From: an uncultured Candidatus Peribacteria bacterium
GTDB lineage: Bacteria > Patescibacteriota > Gracilibacteria > Peribacterales > Peribacteraceae
Length of the DNA stretch: 46,313 nucleotides
Reading direction: 5' to 3'
Assembly: GCA_964632375.1 (NCBI GenBank)
Contig: CAZWBO010000002.1
Location: 1-46,313, forward strand
The translations under genes were made by a program, and so were the position numbers. How positions within the stretch are numbered: the stretch's first letter is position 1; the number at the start of each line of letters is the position of its first letter. Shown piece by piece: positions 1-8,504 of this stretch. Under the pieces are notes generated by a model. That model saw only the letters and a list, made by a program, of their open reading frames with translations, was not told the origin of the DNA and made no database searches.

Positions 1-23
1 TTCAATTGCTCGATAATGAGAAT

Positions 24-88
24 GGGTGGACGGGGGAAGGTGCCCCGCGGAGCCCGCAGGCGGAGTGGGGCGGATGGGGCCCCTTACA
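24..88. repeat. GC-rich palindromic repeat element, copy A (just 3' of the pcrA stop)
   Basis: The 18-nt block CGGGGGAAGGTGCCCCGC (31-48) is identical to 15459-15476 inside dinB. Two further modules are shared: GCAGGCGG(AG)TGGGGC (56-71) and GGATGGGGCCCC (72-83). The arms GGAAGGTGCCCC (35-46) and GGGGCCCCTTAC (76-87) form an imperfect inverted repeat. Confidence 0.55.
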
Positions 89-137
89 ACATCGTGAGCG
101 GCGCTGCTTAGACAAACTCAGCACGAGACTCGCACAT

Positions 138-2612
138 TTAGAGCATGGTGAGCGGCGCGATGCTCAGCGCGAACGTCTTCGTCTGCCCGTCGTCGAAGCG
201 GATGGTGACGATGTCGCCGCGCTTGCCCGTCACGCTTCCTTTGCCGAAGGTGGGGTGCGACACGCGCGTGCCCTCGCCGAAGGCGTCTTGGTTCACGTCG
301 TCGTCGGTGGGGAAATCCTGGTTGAACTCCATGTCGATCTTCGGCGCTCCCGCTTGGCGGAACGGTTCCAATCTTCCTCCGCCGCTGCCAAACCGCACTT
401 GTCCGGCCTTCACGTGGCCGCTCTCCGACGCCCAGGCGAATGCGCTCAGCAGTTCGTCGCTGCGCCGTTCGGTGACGCCGTCGGGCAGATCGTCTAGAAA
501 CCTGCTCCGCGCATTGGCCTGCGTGTTTCCCCACAGCATGCGCGTGCGGGCGAAGAGCAACACGAGCTTCGTCTTCGCGCGGGTCATACCCACGTACATC
601 AGCCGGCGCTCCTCCTCCAGCTGCGCTTTGTCGAAGGCACTGTTGGCGTGCGGGAAGATTCCTTCCTCGCATCCGCCGATCATCACGTGCTCGAACTCCA
701 GGCCTTTGCAGAGGTGCAGCGTCATGAGCGTGACAGCATCGTCTTTGATGTCGTTCAGCTTATCCACTTCCGACACGAGCGCGGCTTCCTCCAGAAAACT
801 GGTGAGCGATACTTCCGGCTCCAGGTTGTCGTACTTGTGCATCACCGAGAGGAGTTCTTGGACGTTATGCCAGCGCTCCTCGCCGTCTTCCGTGTCGTCG
901 CGCAGCCACTTCTCTATGTCGACGGTGTGCAGCAGGTTCTCGGTGAGCTCCGAGACCACGACCGTCTTCGCGCGCAGCTGGGCGCGCTCGATCAGCTCCA
1001 CGAAATTGCGCAGCCGGTCTTTGGTCGGCTCGTTCACGGTATCGATATGGTCGATATCCTTCAACGTGTTCCAGAGTGTCAACTTGTGCTCGCTCGCGTA
1101 CGCCTGCAGGTTGCCGATGGTCGTCTGCCCGATCTTCCGCGCCGGCACGTTGATGATGCGCAGCAGCGAGAGCGTGTCGTTAGGGTTGAGGATGGCGTAG
1201 AGGTACGCGAGCACGTCTTTCACCTCGCGGCGGGCGTAGAACTTCACGCCGCCGATGATGCGGTACGGGACGCCGGCGCGCATGCAGGCTTCTTCGAACA
1301 GGCGGCTTTGAGCATTCGTGCGGTAGAGGATCACTTGGTCGTTGAACCGCACGCCATCGCTGCGCAACTGCACCGCGCGCTTCACAGCTTCCTCCGATTC
1401 CTTCTTCTCGTCGCTCACCTCCTGCACCGTGATCATCGGGCCGTCTTTGCGGCTGGTCCACATTTCTTTCTCGGGCCGGTTCGGGTTCGCGGCGATGACG
1501 GCGTTGCTGGCCGTGAGGATCGGCTGCGCCGAGCGGTAGTTCTGCTCCAGCTTGATGCGCCGGGCGTCCGGGTACTCGTTCTCGAACTCCATGATGTTGC
1601 GGATGTCTGCCCCGCGGAAGGCGTAGATCGACTGATCCGGATCGCCGATCACGCACAGGTTGCGGTACTTCTGCGCGAGCAGCGAGATGATGAGGTACTG
1701 GCTGTGGTTCGTGTCTTGGTACTCGTCGACGTGCAGGTACCGCCACGTCTCCTGGTAGCGGTCGAGCACCTCCGGCACTTCGCGGAACAGGCGCACCGTC
1801 TCGAGGATCAGATCGTCGAAATCGAGCGCGTTCGCTTCGAATAGCGCCTTCTGGTACCGCCCGTACGCGATGATGATCTGCTGCATGCGCGCGGTGGTGG
1901 CCTGCTTCATCGCCTCCTGCGGGTTGAGGGCCTCGCATTTGAATCGTCCGACGTTGCCGAGCGCCGCGCGCGGCTTGATGTCCTTCTCGTCGACGTGCAT
2001 CTCTCTCAGAATCTGCTTCATCAGTTTCTCCTGGTCGTCGGCGTCGTAGATGACGAAGTTGCGGTTGCGCCCCAGCCGCTCGATGTCGCGCCGCAGAATG
2101 CGCGCGCAGACGGAGTGGAACGTGCCCATCACGGGGAGACGGGCGGGATCGGATTCCGGACGCCGGATTCCGGACGCCGCTCCGTTGGCGCCAGGTCCGG
2201 ATCCATCGACGATGTGCAGCATGTTCTTGATGCGCTCCTTCATTTCGGTTGCCGCCTTGTTCGTGAAAGTGACGGCCAGAATCTGCCACGGCGGAACGCC
2301 CTGCTGCATCATGTACGCGATGCGGTGCGTGAGCGCTTTCGTCTTGCCGGATCCCGCGCCGGCGAGGATCAATGCCGGCCCATGGATGTTCTCCACCGCC
2401 TGCCGCTGCGGCTCGTTGAGGCTATCGAAAATAGGGTCGTGAGTCACCGGGGGAGTGTACCGGATGTGGACATTGCTGTGAGTGATTTTTGCGGATTTTA
2501 TGACACTTCCCACACCCCGGGAAGAGAGAGTAAGGCATGGCGCATCTCCTCCATTCTGTCTACAGCGATGTGATCTATGTGGACGTGTATCAGAGGTTGA
2601 GATTGATTCCAA
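138..2612 (-). CDS. pcrA: ATP-dependent DNA helicase, UvrD/PcrA family
   Basis: 824-aa ORF with SF1 helicase motifs: AGAGSGKTKALTHR (Walker A), VDEYQDTN (motif II), GDPDQSIYAFRGA, LEQNYRS, MTLHLCKGLEFEHV and YVGMTRAKTKL. It also has the PcrA-type C-terminal tail GTRVSHPTFGKGSV. The first ~48 aa look non-conserved and overlap ORF 2498-2812, so the true start is uncertain. Confidence 0.93.
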   Translation of the reverse strand: MESISTSDTRPHRSHRCRQNGGDAPCLTLSSRGVGSVIKSAKITHSNVHIRYTPPVTHDPIFDSLNEPQRQAVENIHGPALILAGAGSGKTKALTHRIAYMMQQGVPPWQILAVTFTNKAATEMKERIKNMLHIVDGSGPGANGAASGIRRPESDPARLPVMGTFHSVCARILRRDIERLGRNRNFVIYDADDQEKLMKQILREMHVDEKDIKPRAALGNVGRFKCEALNPQEAMKQATTARMQQIIIAYGRYQKALFEANALDFDDLILETVRLFREVPEVLDRYQETWRYLHVDEYQDTNHSQYLIISLLAQKYRNLCVIGDPDQSIYAFRGADIRNIMEFENEYPDARRIKLEQNYRSAQPILTASNAVIAANPNRPEKEMWTSRKDGPMITVQEVSDEKKESEEAVKRAVQLRSDGVRFNDQVILYRTNAQSRLFEEACMRAGVPYRIIGGVKFYARREVKDVLAYLYAILNPNDTLSLLRIINVPARKIGQTTIGNLQAYASEHKLTLWNTLKDIDHIDTVNEPTKDRLRNFVELIERAQLRAKTVVVSELTENLLHTVDIEKWLRDDTEDGEERWHNVQELLSVMHKYDNLEPEVSLTSFLEEAALVSEVDKLNDIKDDAVTLMTLHLCKGLEFEHVMIGGCEEGIFPHANSAFDKAQLEEERRLMYVGMTRAKTKLVLLFARTRMLWGNTQANARSRFLDDLPDGVTERRSDELLSAFAWASESGHVKAGQVRFGSGGGRLEPFRQAGAPKIDMEFNQDFPTDDDVNQDAFGEGTRVSHPTFGKGSVTGKRGDIVTIRFDDGQTKTFALSIAPLTML

Positions 2613-2812
2613 TCATGCGTTTCTTCTACCAGGGACCTACACTCGGCTGAGTACTGCAATGCAGTTACGATTACAGCTTCTGCTGCTCCCTGCATACCCT
2701 GAGCGATAACCGTGATCGATTGCTGAGTCTCCTGAGTGTTCGATGGACATTCGCATAGAGGAGTATCGAATCCTACATTGCCATGTCGCATGAGTATCTG
2801 GACGAGATTCAT
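2498..2812 (-). CDS. hypothetical protein (low-GC island)
   Basis: 104-aa ORF in a visibly lower-GC stretch. No motif recognised. It overlaps the doubtful N-terminal extension of pcrA. Confidence 0.3.
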   Translation of the reverse strand: MNLVQILMRHGNVGFDTPLCECPSNTQETQQSITVIAQGMQGAAEAVIVTALQYSAECRSLVEETHDWNQSQPLIHVHIDHIAVDRMEEMRHALLSLPGVWEVS

Positions 2813-2958
2813 CTTGCACTAAGAATGGTTGCCAAGAATACTTATCTTTTTCAGGTGATCAAATGTATGGGTTCCCGAAGAGGGAGAGCTCAAGGTTTTT
2901 GCTCAACGTAAGCACCGTAGTCTTGCGGAACGAAGCACTATCTTTCTCGTCTTCCTCT

Positions 2959-3270
2959 TCAAGCATCTTCCTGATTTTTCTTCATGTCCTGCCTCATCGA
3001 TCCGATAACATCGATCAAATCGGCTCGGCACACGTTGCCGGGAGGCAGCCCAGATACCGTTTTCCAGAGTTCCTCTAGCCGTTTTCGCACACCCACACTC
3101 AGTTCTTTAACAGCCCCAGGATAGCCGAGGGTTTCTCTCAGAATGGTAGCAGGGTTATTCTCGAAGGTTGCAGCGTCTACATTTCGACGTGCGAGATCAA
3201 CTGTCCCGAGAAGGATTGCATCCTTGTACGCAGCGGCCGTCTCAGCATTTTTTACATGTATGTTTTGCAT
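2959..3270 (-). CDS. hypothetical protein (low-GC island)
   Basis: 103-aa ORF with no recognisable motif. Its composition is lower in GC than the flanking genes. Confidence 0.35.
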   Translation of the reverse strand: MQNIHVKNAETAAAYKDAILLGTVDLARRNVDAATFENNPATILRETLGYPGAVKELSVGVRKRLEELWKTVSGLPPGNVCRADLIDVIGSMRQDMKKNQEDA

Positions 3271-3331
3271 ATGCTTTCATTGTACTCCTCCGGTGAGGGA
3301 TGTAAAGTATTTTTTACATTCATAACAGCAT

Positions 3332-4591
3332 TTATGCTTCATCAGAAGCCAAAATTTTATGCTTCGCCGCCTCCACCGCCGTCTCGATGAGCGATGCTCG
3401 CACGGCATCCAGATCCGCCGATGCCACCGGTGCGTGCGGCGAGACGAGCTGCTCGATCTCCTGTTCTTGGGTACTGAGCCGCGTGACCAGGCGTTTGATG
3501 TCGGAAACCGAGACCGACGCTTTCGCGTTCATTGGCTGCTTCTTCACCGCCACCTCGGCGGCGAGCGCAGGGTCGACGCGCTGGGTTTTCTGCAGCAGGT
3601 CGGTGCCCATCTTCGAGAGGATGATGTCGGCCGCGTTGCGCAGGTTGATGTGGAAGTCGAGCTCGGCGATGAGCTGCACGATGTTCTCGCGCTGCTGCGG
3701 GTCCATTTGCTCCGCGAACTCGTAGAGCGTGATGCGCTTGAGGCTAGTGAGGATGGCGGGCAGTGCCTCCTGGCTGATGATGAACACCGAGTACCCCTCC
3801 ACGGGGTAGTGGTGGTTCTTCAGTTCGCTCAACGCGTTAGCGGGAACAATGAGGAAGATGGTCTTGTAGATGCGGTCATCGTTCTTCACCTTCTCTACCG
3901 TGTCGGCCACTTGCTTGGTGATGTACGTCTGCAAGCTCTTGGCCTTCGAGACCTTGGCATCGAACACGACGTACTGACCCAGGAACTCCACCATGAAATC
4001 CGGCTTGAGGCTGCCGTCGAACCCTTCCGGCAGGTTCGTGTTGTTGTAGGCGGTGAAAGCGAATTCGGGCTTCTTGCAGAGGTCGGTGAGCGTGGCGATC
4101 ACGCTGTTCTCGTGGTCTGCCCACAGGCGATCGCGCGCTTCTTCCTGCTGCTTCAGGCGGTCTTCGTCCTCGCGGATCACGCGGATGCGCTCCTGCTTCA
4201 GGCTCAGCTCCGCCGCCTCCAGTTTGGCGATGCGGTCCTGGAATTCCGTATCGCGACGATCACGCTCGGCTTCGGTGCGTGTCACGCGGTTCTGCAATTC
4301 CTCGCGTTCTTTTCTGATGGATGCGAGTTCAGCTTCCAAGAGCATGTAGCGCTTGGAAAGTTCTTTCCCTTTCCCTTCCAACTGATTGCGCAGATCGCGT
4401 TCCATCTCGATTTCTTTTGCCATGTGCCCTCCTTCTTGCGTGCGCTGTTCCAAGTGCGCCTTGAGCGTCACGTTCTCTTCGATCAGCTGATTCTTTTCCT
4501 GATCCGTCTCGTTGGTTGGTTTCTGGAACTTGAGAAAATAGAGGACTGCGCCGAAGCCGATGATGACCAGAAGGGGAGTGAGGAGTTCCAT
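3332..4591 (-). CDS. rmuC: RmuC-like DNA recombination/nuclease protein
   Basis: 419 aa. It has an N-terminal TM helix (LLTPLLVIIGFGAVLYFL) and a long charged coiled coil. This is followed by a PD-(D/E)xK-like core (PDFMVEFLGQYVVFDAKVSK), which is the RmuC architecture. Confidence 0.6.
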   Translation of the reverse strand: MELLTPLLVIIGFGAVLYFLKFQKPTNETDQEKNQLIEENVTLKAHLEQRTQEGGHMAKEIEMERDLRNQLEGKGKELSKRYMLLEAELASIRKEREELQNRVTRTEAERDRRDTEFQDRIAKLEAAELSLKQERIRVIREDEDRLKQQEEARDRLWADHENSVIATLTDLCKKPEFAFTAYNNTNLPEGFDGSLKPDFMVEFLGQYVVFDAKVSKAKSLQTYITKQVADTVEKVKNDDRIYKTIFLIVPANALSELKNHHYPVEGYSVFIISQEALPAILTSLKRITLYEFAEQMDPQQRENIVQLIAELDFHINLRNAADIILSKMGTDLLQKTQRVDPALAAEVAVKKQPMNAKASVSVSDIKRLVTRLSTQEQEIEQLVSPHAPVASADLDAVRASLIETAVEAAKHKILASDEA

Positions 4592-4635
4592 AGCGTTCGG
4601 ATGCTAGCGGTTGGTGAACGGATGTTCACTTGCGA

Positions 4636-4719
4636 GTTTGTAGTTTGTAGTTTGTAGTCGGTAGTCGGCAGTCGGCAGTCGGCAGTCGGCAGTCGGCAGT
4701 CGGCAGTCGGCAGTCGGCG
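4636..4719. repeat. 12-unit heptamer tandem array (3x GTTTGTA, 1x GTCGGTA, 7x GTCGGCA, 1x GTCGGCG)
   Basis: Direct reading shows a perfect 7-nt period over 84 nt. The array is immediately followed by TATAAT at 4720-4725. Confidence 0.9.
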
Positions 4720-4740
4720 TATAATATTGCCCCTCTTCTA

Positions 4741-4770
4741 CAGACTAAAGACTACCAACTACCGACTAAT
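4741..4770. repeat. inverted partial copy of the 4636-4719 heptamer array
   Basis: CAGACTAAAGACTACCAACTACCGACTAAT is the reverse complement of GTCGGTA/GTTGGTA/GTCTTTA-type heptamers. CTACCGACTA can pair with TAGTCGGTAG in the array. Confidence 0.7.
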
Positions 4771-4784
4771 CCCCCGTCTTTTGC

Positions 4785-4812
4785 TTGCTTTTCTCTTGCC
4801 TATACGTACAAT
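4785..4812 (+). promoter_or_regulatory. candidate sigma70-type promoter for rpsO
   Basis: TTGCTT (4785-4790), a 16-nt spacer, then TACAAT (4807-4812), about 90 nt upstream of the rpsO ATG. Confidence 0.4.
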
Positions 4813-4900
4813 AACGCTCCGTCCGCGCTTCATTCGACGATATCGTCCCTGAGGCCCGGCGCAAATCTTTTTTGCCTGATTCCTTTTCCCGTCTCGCCGT

Positions 4901-5170
4901 ATGTCCATCAAGCGCACGCAGAAGAAGAAGATCATCAACAAGCACAAGAAGCACGAGAAAGACACCGGCTCACCGCAGGTGCAGATCGCCATCCTCACCA
5001 CCGAGATTTCGCTGCTTACAGACCACTTGAAGAACCACAAGAAGGATCATTCCGCGCGCAAAGGCTTGCTCGCGAAGGTCGCGGACAGGCGCAACCAGCT
5101 GAAGTACCTGGAAATGAACAAGCCCAACGAGTACCAGGAGGTGCTGCAGGCGCTGGGTCTCAAGAAGTAG
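4901..5170 (+). CDS. rpsO: 30S ribosomal protein S15
   Basis: 89 aa with the S15 signature TGSPQVQIAILTTEISLLTDHLKNHKKDHSARKGLLAKV. Confidence 0.95.
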   Translation: MSIKRTQKKKIINKHKKHEKDTGSPQVQIAILTTEISLLTDHLKNHKKDHSARKGLLAKVADRRNQLKYLEMNKPNEYQEVLQALGLKK

Positions 5171-5210
5171 AGAAGTTCCGATCCTGGATGTTCGTTTTCC
5201 ATTTCTCGGA

Positions 5211-5248
5211 GAAGCAGTGAGCGGACAGCGATAAGCGAGCTGCTTTTT
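5211..5248 (+). terminator. rpsO intrinsic terminator with heptamer-repeat loop
   Basis: Stem GAAGCAG (5211-5217) pairs with CTGCTT (5240-5245), followed by a T-run. The 22-nt loop is made of xxAGCGx heptamers (TGAGCGG ACAGCGA TAAGCGA). Confidence 0.55.
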
Positions 5249-5256
5249 CCTAGAAT

Positions 5257-5670
5257 TTGATTTGCATAGTCTTGCACTGTTTCTATGGAGATGTACCATT
5301 CCATCCTTTTTTTCATACTGTTCTTCCTAAGGGCTCACCATCATCTCCTACCGATGACGCATCACTGCCTTCTGCTGATGACCAGACTGTGGTCATCGAG
5401 TGCTCCATTGAAAGTCAGACAGGTCCGAGGAATAGACTTCGCATCACTTTTGACGACATTCCTGATTCAACATATTTCAGCAGATTACAGGGAGCTATGC
5501 GGTCAGCATTCGAAGGATCGAGCGTTCTGAACAATCTCGGTATCACAGATGCAGTGGCGGAAGGGGCTCGTGAGCGTCTGGGAACGAACGGCAGTTACTT
5601 CATCACAGCAAACGGGTATGAAATTCGGATGACTATCGGGCGCGTTTTGCGCGCTCCGCCTAAACGGTAA
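5257..5670 (+). CDS. hypothetical protein (low-GC insert between rpsO and pnp)
   Basis: 137-aa ORF with no recognisable motif. Composition is lower in GC than rpsO and pnp, and the start is uncertain. Confidence 0.35.
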   Translation: MICIVLHCFYGDVPFHPFFHTVLPKGSPSSPTDDASLPSADDQTVVIECSIESQTGPRNRLRITFDDIPDSTYFSRLQGAMRSAFEGSSVLNNLGITDAVAEGARERLGTNGSYFITANGYEIRMTIGRVLRAPPKR

Positions 5671-5913
5671 GAACTTTCTTTCTGTCATATGGAATCACTC
5701 TCCCCTCAACCCGGGCATGTGGTTGTCACAGTACCGAAAACGCGGGGCTGGCGATGCAAGTGAACATCCAGAAAGGAGCGTGAGGAATTGGGCGGAATTC
5801 CTTTCTCTTCAAGTAAATCAGAGTACACTTCCTCCGCTCTTTTCCTCGTCGCTCTCGTTTTGCTGGGTTTACGTCCGTGTTTCGAATAATGGTGCATATC
5901 CCTGGTTACCGTA

Positions 5914-5973
5914 GCCGCGATTCGTTATCGCGGCGGTTGATGGGATTGCACCCGCAGCGGTAACGAACCGCTG
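5914..5973 (+). promoter_or_regulatory. paired stem-loops in the pnp upstream region
   Basis: Perfect hairpins GCCGCGAT-tcgtt-ATCGCGGC (5914-5934) and CAGCGG-taacgaa-CCGCTG (5955-5973), about 110 nt upstream of pnp. In other bacteria the pnp leader carries RNase III-processed hairpins. Confidence 0.3.
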
Positions 5974-6082
5974 GTCCGGGGGGTATTATCAATCGGTATC
6001 ATCCATCGAGTCACGCATGTGAATCCAGAATTATCTCAATGAGACCTTGAGGAAATAGCAGCCATCTCTTTTTTCAGAGGAG

Positions 6083-8368
6083 ATGTCGTACCTATTTCCC
6101 ATCATTTTTATGTCCTCTCTCGCAGAGAAAGACCACGAGTACTTGCTCGAGCTCGGCAATCAGACGCTGATTGTGAAGACGGGCGCGCTGGCCACGCAGG
6201 CCAATGCCACCATCATCGCGCAGATCGGCGACACGGTCTGCATGGGCAACACCACCATCAGCGCCGAGCCGCGCGCGGGCATCGATTTCCTGCCGCTGCA
6301 GCTGGTGTACCAGGAGAAGTTCTACGCCGGCGGCAAGATCGGCGGGAGCCGCTTCCGCAAGCGCGAAGGCCGCCCGAGCGACGACGCCATCCTGCTCGGC
6401 CGCGTCATCGACCGCGGCATCCGCCCGATGGTCGACAAGAACGTGCGCAACGACATCCAGATCTTCTGCACCGTCCTCAGCTACGATTTCGAGAACGAGC
6501 ACGACATCGTCTCGGCCAATGCGGCGAACCTGTCCATCGCACTGTCGGATTGTCCGTTCGAAGGCGTACTCGGCACGGTGCGCGTCGGCCTCATCGGCGG
6601 CGAGCTGGTGCTGAATCCGTCGCGCGAGGCGCGCACGCGCTGCGATCTCGATATGCTGCTCACGGCGTCGCTCGACCGCGTGGTGATGATCGAAGCCGGC
6701 GCCAACCAGGTGTCCGAGGCAGAGATCGTCCGCGCCATCGACTTCGGCAAGAAGTGGGCGCAGAAAATCGCGCGCTTCTTCGCGGATATCCAGAAGGAGA
6801 TGGGCCGCCAGAAGTTCGTGGTCGAGAAGCCGTTCATGCACGAGGAGGGCTACAAGTTTCTCGAGGCGTTGGTGCTGCCCACCGTCAACAAGGCCGTCAA
6901 AGACAAGCTCCGCAAAGGCGAGCGCCGCGCCATCTTCAACGATCTGATGAAGCAGGCGAAGGAGAAGCTCAAAGAGAAATTCGAGGGATCCGTCACCGAC
7001 GGGAACCGTGAGGAGATGGAGAAATTATTCAGCTACGGATCGGCCTTCATCGACAAGATCATCAAAGCCGAAGTGCGCCGCCTGGTGCTGGAGGAAGGCC
7101 TCCGCATGAGCAGCCGCAAGGTTGACGAGATCCGCCCGCTGGCTGCCCTCATCGACGTGCTGCCCACGCGCGTGCACGGTTCGGCGCTGTTCGAGCGCGG
7201 CGAGACGCAGGGCCTCACCACCTGCACGTTGGGCGCGCCAGGCGACAAGCAGTTGGTCGAAGGCATGGAAGGCGAGCACAAGCTGCGCTACATGCACCAC
7301 TACAACTTCCCGCCGTTCTCGGTGGGCGAGACGACCAACCGCCTCATGGTGGGCAACCGCGAGATCGGCCACGGCGCCCTGGCGCAGCGCGCCCTCGAAC
7401 CCGTGCTGCCGAAAGAAGTCGACTTCCCGTACACCATTCGTACCGTCACGGAGATCCTCAGTTCCAACGGATCCTCCTCCATGGCCGCGACGTGCGGCTC
7501 CACGCTGGCGCTGATGGCGGCGGGCGTCCCCATTGCGGCACCCGTATCAGCCATTGCACTTGGGCTGATGTCCGACGAGGCGAAGGATCAGTACGTCATC
7601 CTCACCGATTTGCAGGATGAAGAGGATTTCGGCGGCGACATGGACTTCAAAGTCGGCGGCACCGAGAAGGGCGTCACGGCTATCCAGATGGATATCAAGA
7701 TCAAAGGCCTGCCGGACCACGTGTTCGCCGAGGCGCTGGAAAAGGCGCGCGTCGGCCGTCTGCACGTGCTGCAGGTGATGCTCGGCGCCATCGCCGAGCC
7801 GCGCAAAGAGCTAAGCCCGTACGCGCCGCGCATCGAGACCATGCAGATCAATCCGGAGGATATTCGTCTCGTCATCGGCAAGGGCGGCGAGACCATCCAG
7901 AAGATCACCGGCGAGTTGGGCGTGGAGATCGACATCGAGGACAGCGGCATCCTGTTCATCACCTCCGCCAACGGCGAGGCGATGGCCAAGGCGCGCGAGT
8001 GGATCGAGGGGATCGTGGCCAAGCCGGAGATCGGCAAGGTTTACAAGGCGAAAGTGACGCGCATCATCGACGGCGTGGGAGCCATCGTGGAATTCCTGCC
8101 CGGCAAAGACGGCATGGTCCACATCTCCGAGCTGGCCTGGGGCCGCACCGAGAACGTGGAAGACGTGCTCAAGATGGGCCAGGAAGTCGACGTGAAAGTC
8201 ATCGAGTACGATGCCCAGGAAGGCAAGACGCGCCTGTCGCTCAAGCAGATGACGACTCCGCCCGAAGGCTACGTACCGCCGGCGCGCGGGGGCTTCGGAG
8301 GCGGACGGCCAGGCGGGCATGGCGGACGGCCTGGTGGGGGCGGATTCCGGGGCGGGCCGCGACGGTAA
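6083..8368 (+). CDS. pnp: polyribonucleotide nucleotidyltransferase (PNPase)
   Basis: 761 aa with two RNase PH domains, a KH domain (IGKGGETIQKITGELGVEIDIED) and an S1 domain (GKVYKAKVTRIIDGVGAIVEFLPGKDGMVHISELA). It carries an extra Gly/Arg-rich C-terminal tail. An alternative start is the ATG at 6110. Confidence 0.95.
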   Translation: MSYLFPIIFMSSLAEKDHEYLLELGNQTLIVKTGALATQANATIIAQIGDTVCMGNTTISAEPRAGIDFLPLQLVYQEKFYAGGKIGGSRFRKREGRPSDDAILLGRVIDRGIRPMVDKNVRNDIQIFCTVLSYDFENEHDIVSANAANLSIALSDCPFEGVLGTVRVGLIGGELVLNPSREARTRCDLDMLLTASLDRVVMIEAGANQVSEAEIVRAIDFGKKWAQKIARFFADIQKEMGRQKFVVEKPFMHEEGYKFLEALVLPTVNKAVKDKLRKGERRAIFNDLMKQAKEKLKEKFEGSVTDGNREEMEKLFSYGSAFIDKIIKAEVRRLVLEEGLRMSSRKVDEIRPLAALIDVLPTRVHGSALFERGETQGLTTCTLGAPGDKQLVEGMEGEHKLRYMHHYNFPPFSVGETTNRLMVGNREIGHGALAQRALEPVLPKEVDFPYTIRTVTEILSSNGSSSMAATCGSTLALMAAGVPIAAPVSAIALGLMSDEAKDQYVILTDLQDEEDFGGDMDFKVGGTEKGVTAIQMDIKIKGLPDHVFAEALEKARVGRLHVLQVMLGAIAEPRKELSPYAPRIETMQINPEDIRLVIGKGGETIQKITGELGVEIDIEDSGILFITSANGEAMAKAREWIEGIVAKPEIGKVYKAKVTRIIDGVGAIVEFLPGKDGMVHISELAWGRTENVEDVLKMGQEVDVKVIEYDAQEGKTRLSLKQMTTPPEGYVPPARGGFGGGRPGGHGGRPGGGGFRGGPRR

Positions 8369-8388
8369 ACATAAGGAAGTACACCCGT

Positions 8389-8420
8389 CCGCAGGCGAGA
8401 ACCATGGTTCTCGCCTGCGG
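8389..8420. terminator. perfect 32-nt palindrome between the convergent pnp and K+ channel genes
   Basis: CCGCAGGCGAGAACCATGGTTCTCGCCTGCGG has 16-nt perfect arms and no T-run. Confidence 0.5.
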
Positions 8421-8504
8421 GATGAGGGGTTATCTTGTGTACATCACCTATCCGCGAGCGGCGTAGGGAATGCGTGCTCCTTCGCCGAAACGTCGGCTTC
8501 ATCA

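Noticed and set aside
145-1844. Long plus-strand ORFs (145-1200, 351 aa; 648-1844, 398 aa) overlapping pcrA.
   Set aside because: They are antisense shadow ORFs of a clearly conserved helicase gene in GC-rich DNA. Their translations are Ser/Arg/Val-rich and low in complexity, with no motifs.
2498-3270. The two small ORFs as a toxin-antitoxin pair.
   Set aside because: The ORFs are separated by ~146 nt rather than overlapping or abutting. No HTH, RHH, PIN, RelE or HEPN-type motif is visible. It is kept only as a low-GC islet.
4636-4719. The possibility that the tandem arrays (here and at 34436, 22080, 37711 and elsewhere) are CRISPR arrays.
   Set aside because: The period is only 7-8 nt with no unique spacers, and no cas genes or leader-like context are present.
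5902-5975. A tRNA-like cloverleaf upstream of pnp (GGTTACCG...CGGTAAC with internal hairpins and a GGGATTGCACCC segment).
   Set aside because: No consistent acceptor, anticodon or T-arm geometry can be drawn on either strand. It is treated as leader hairpins only.
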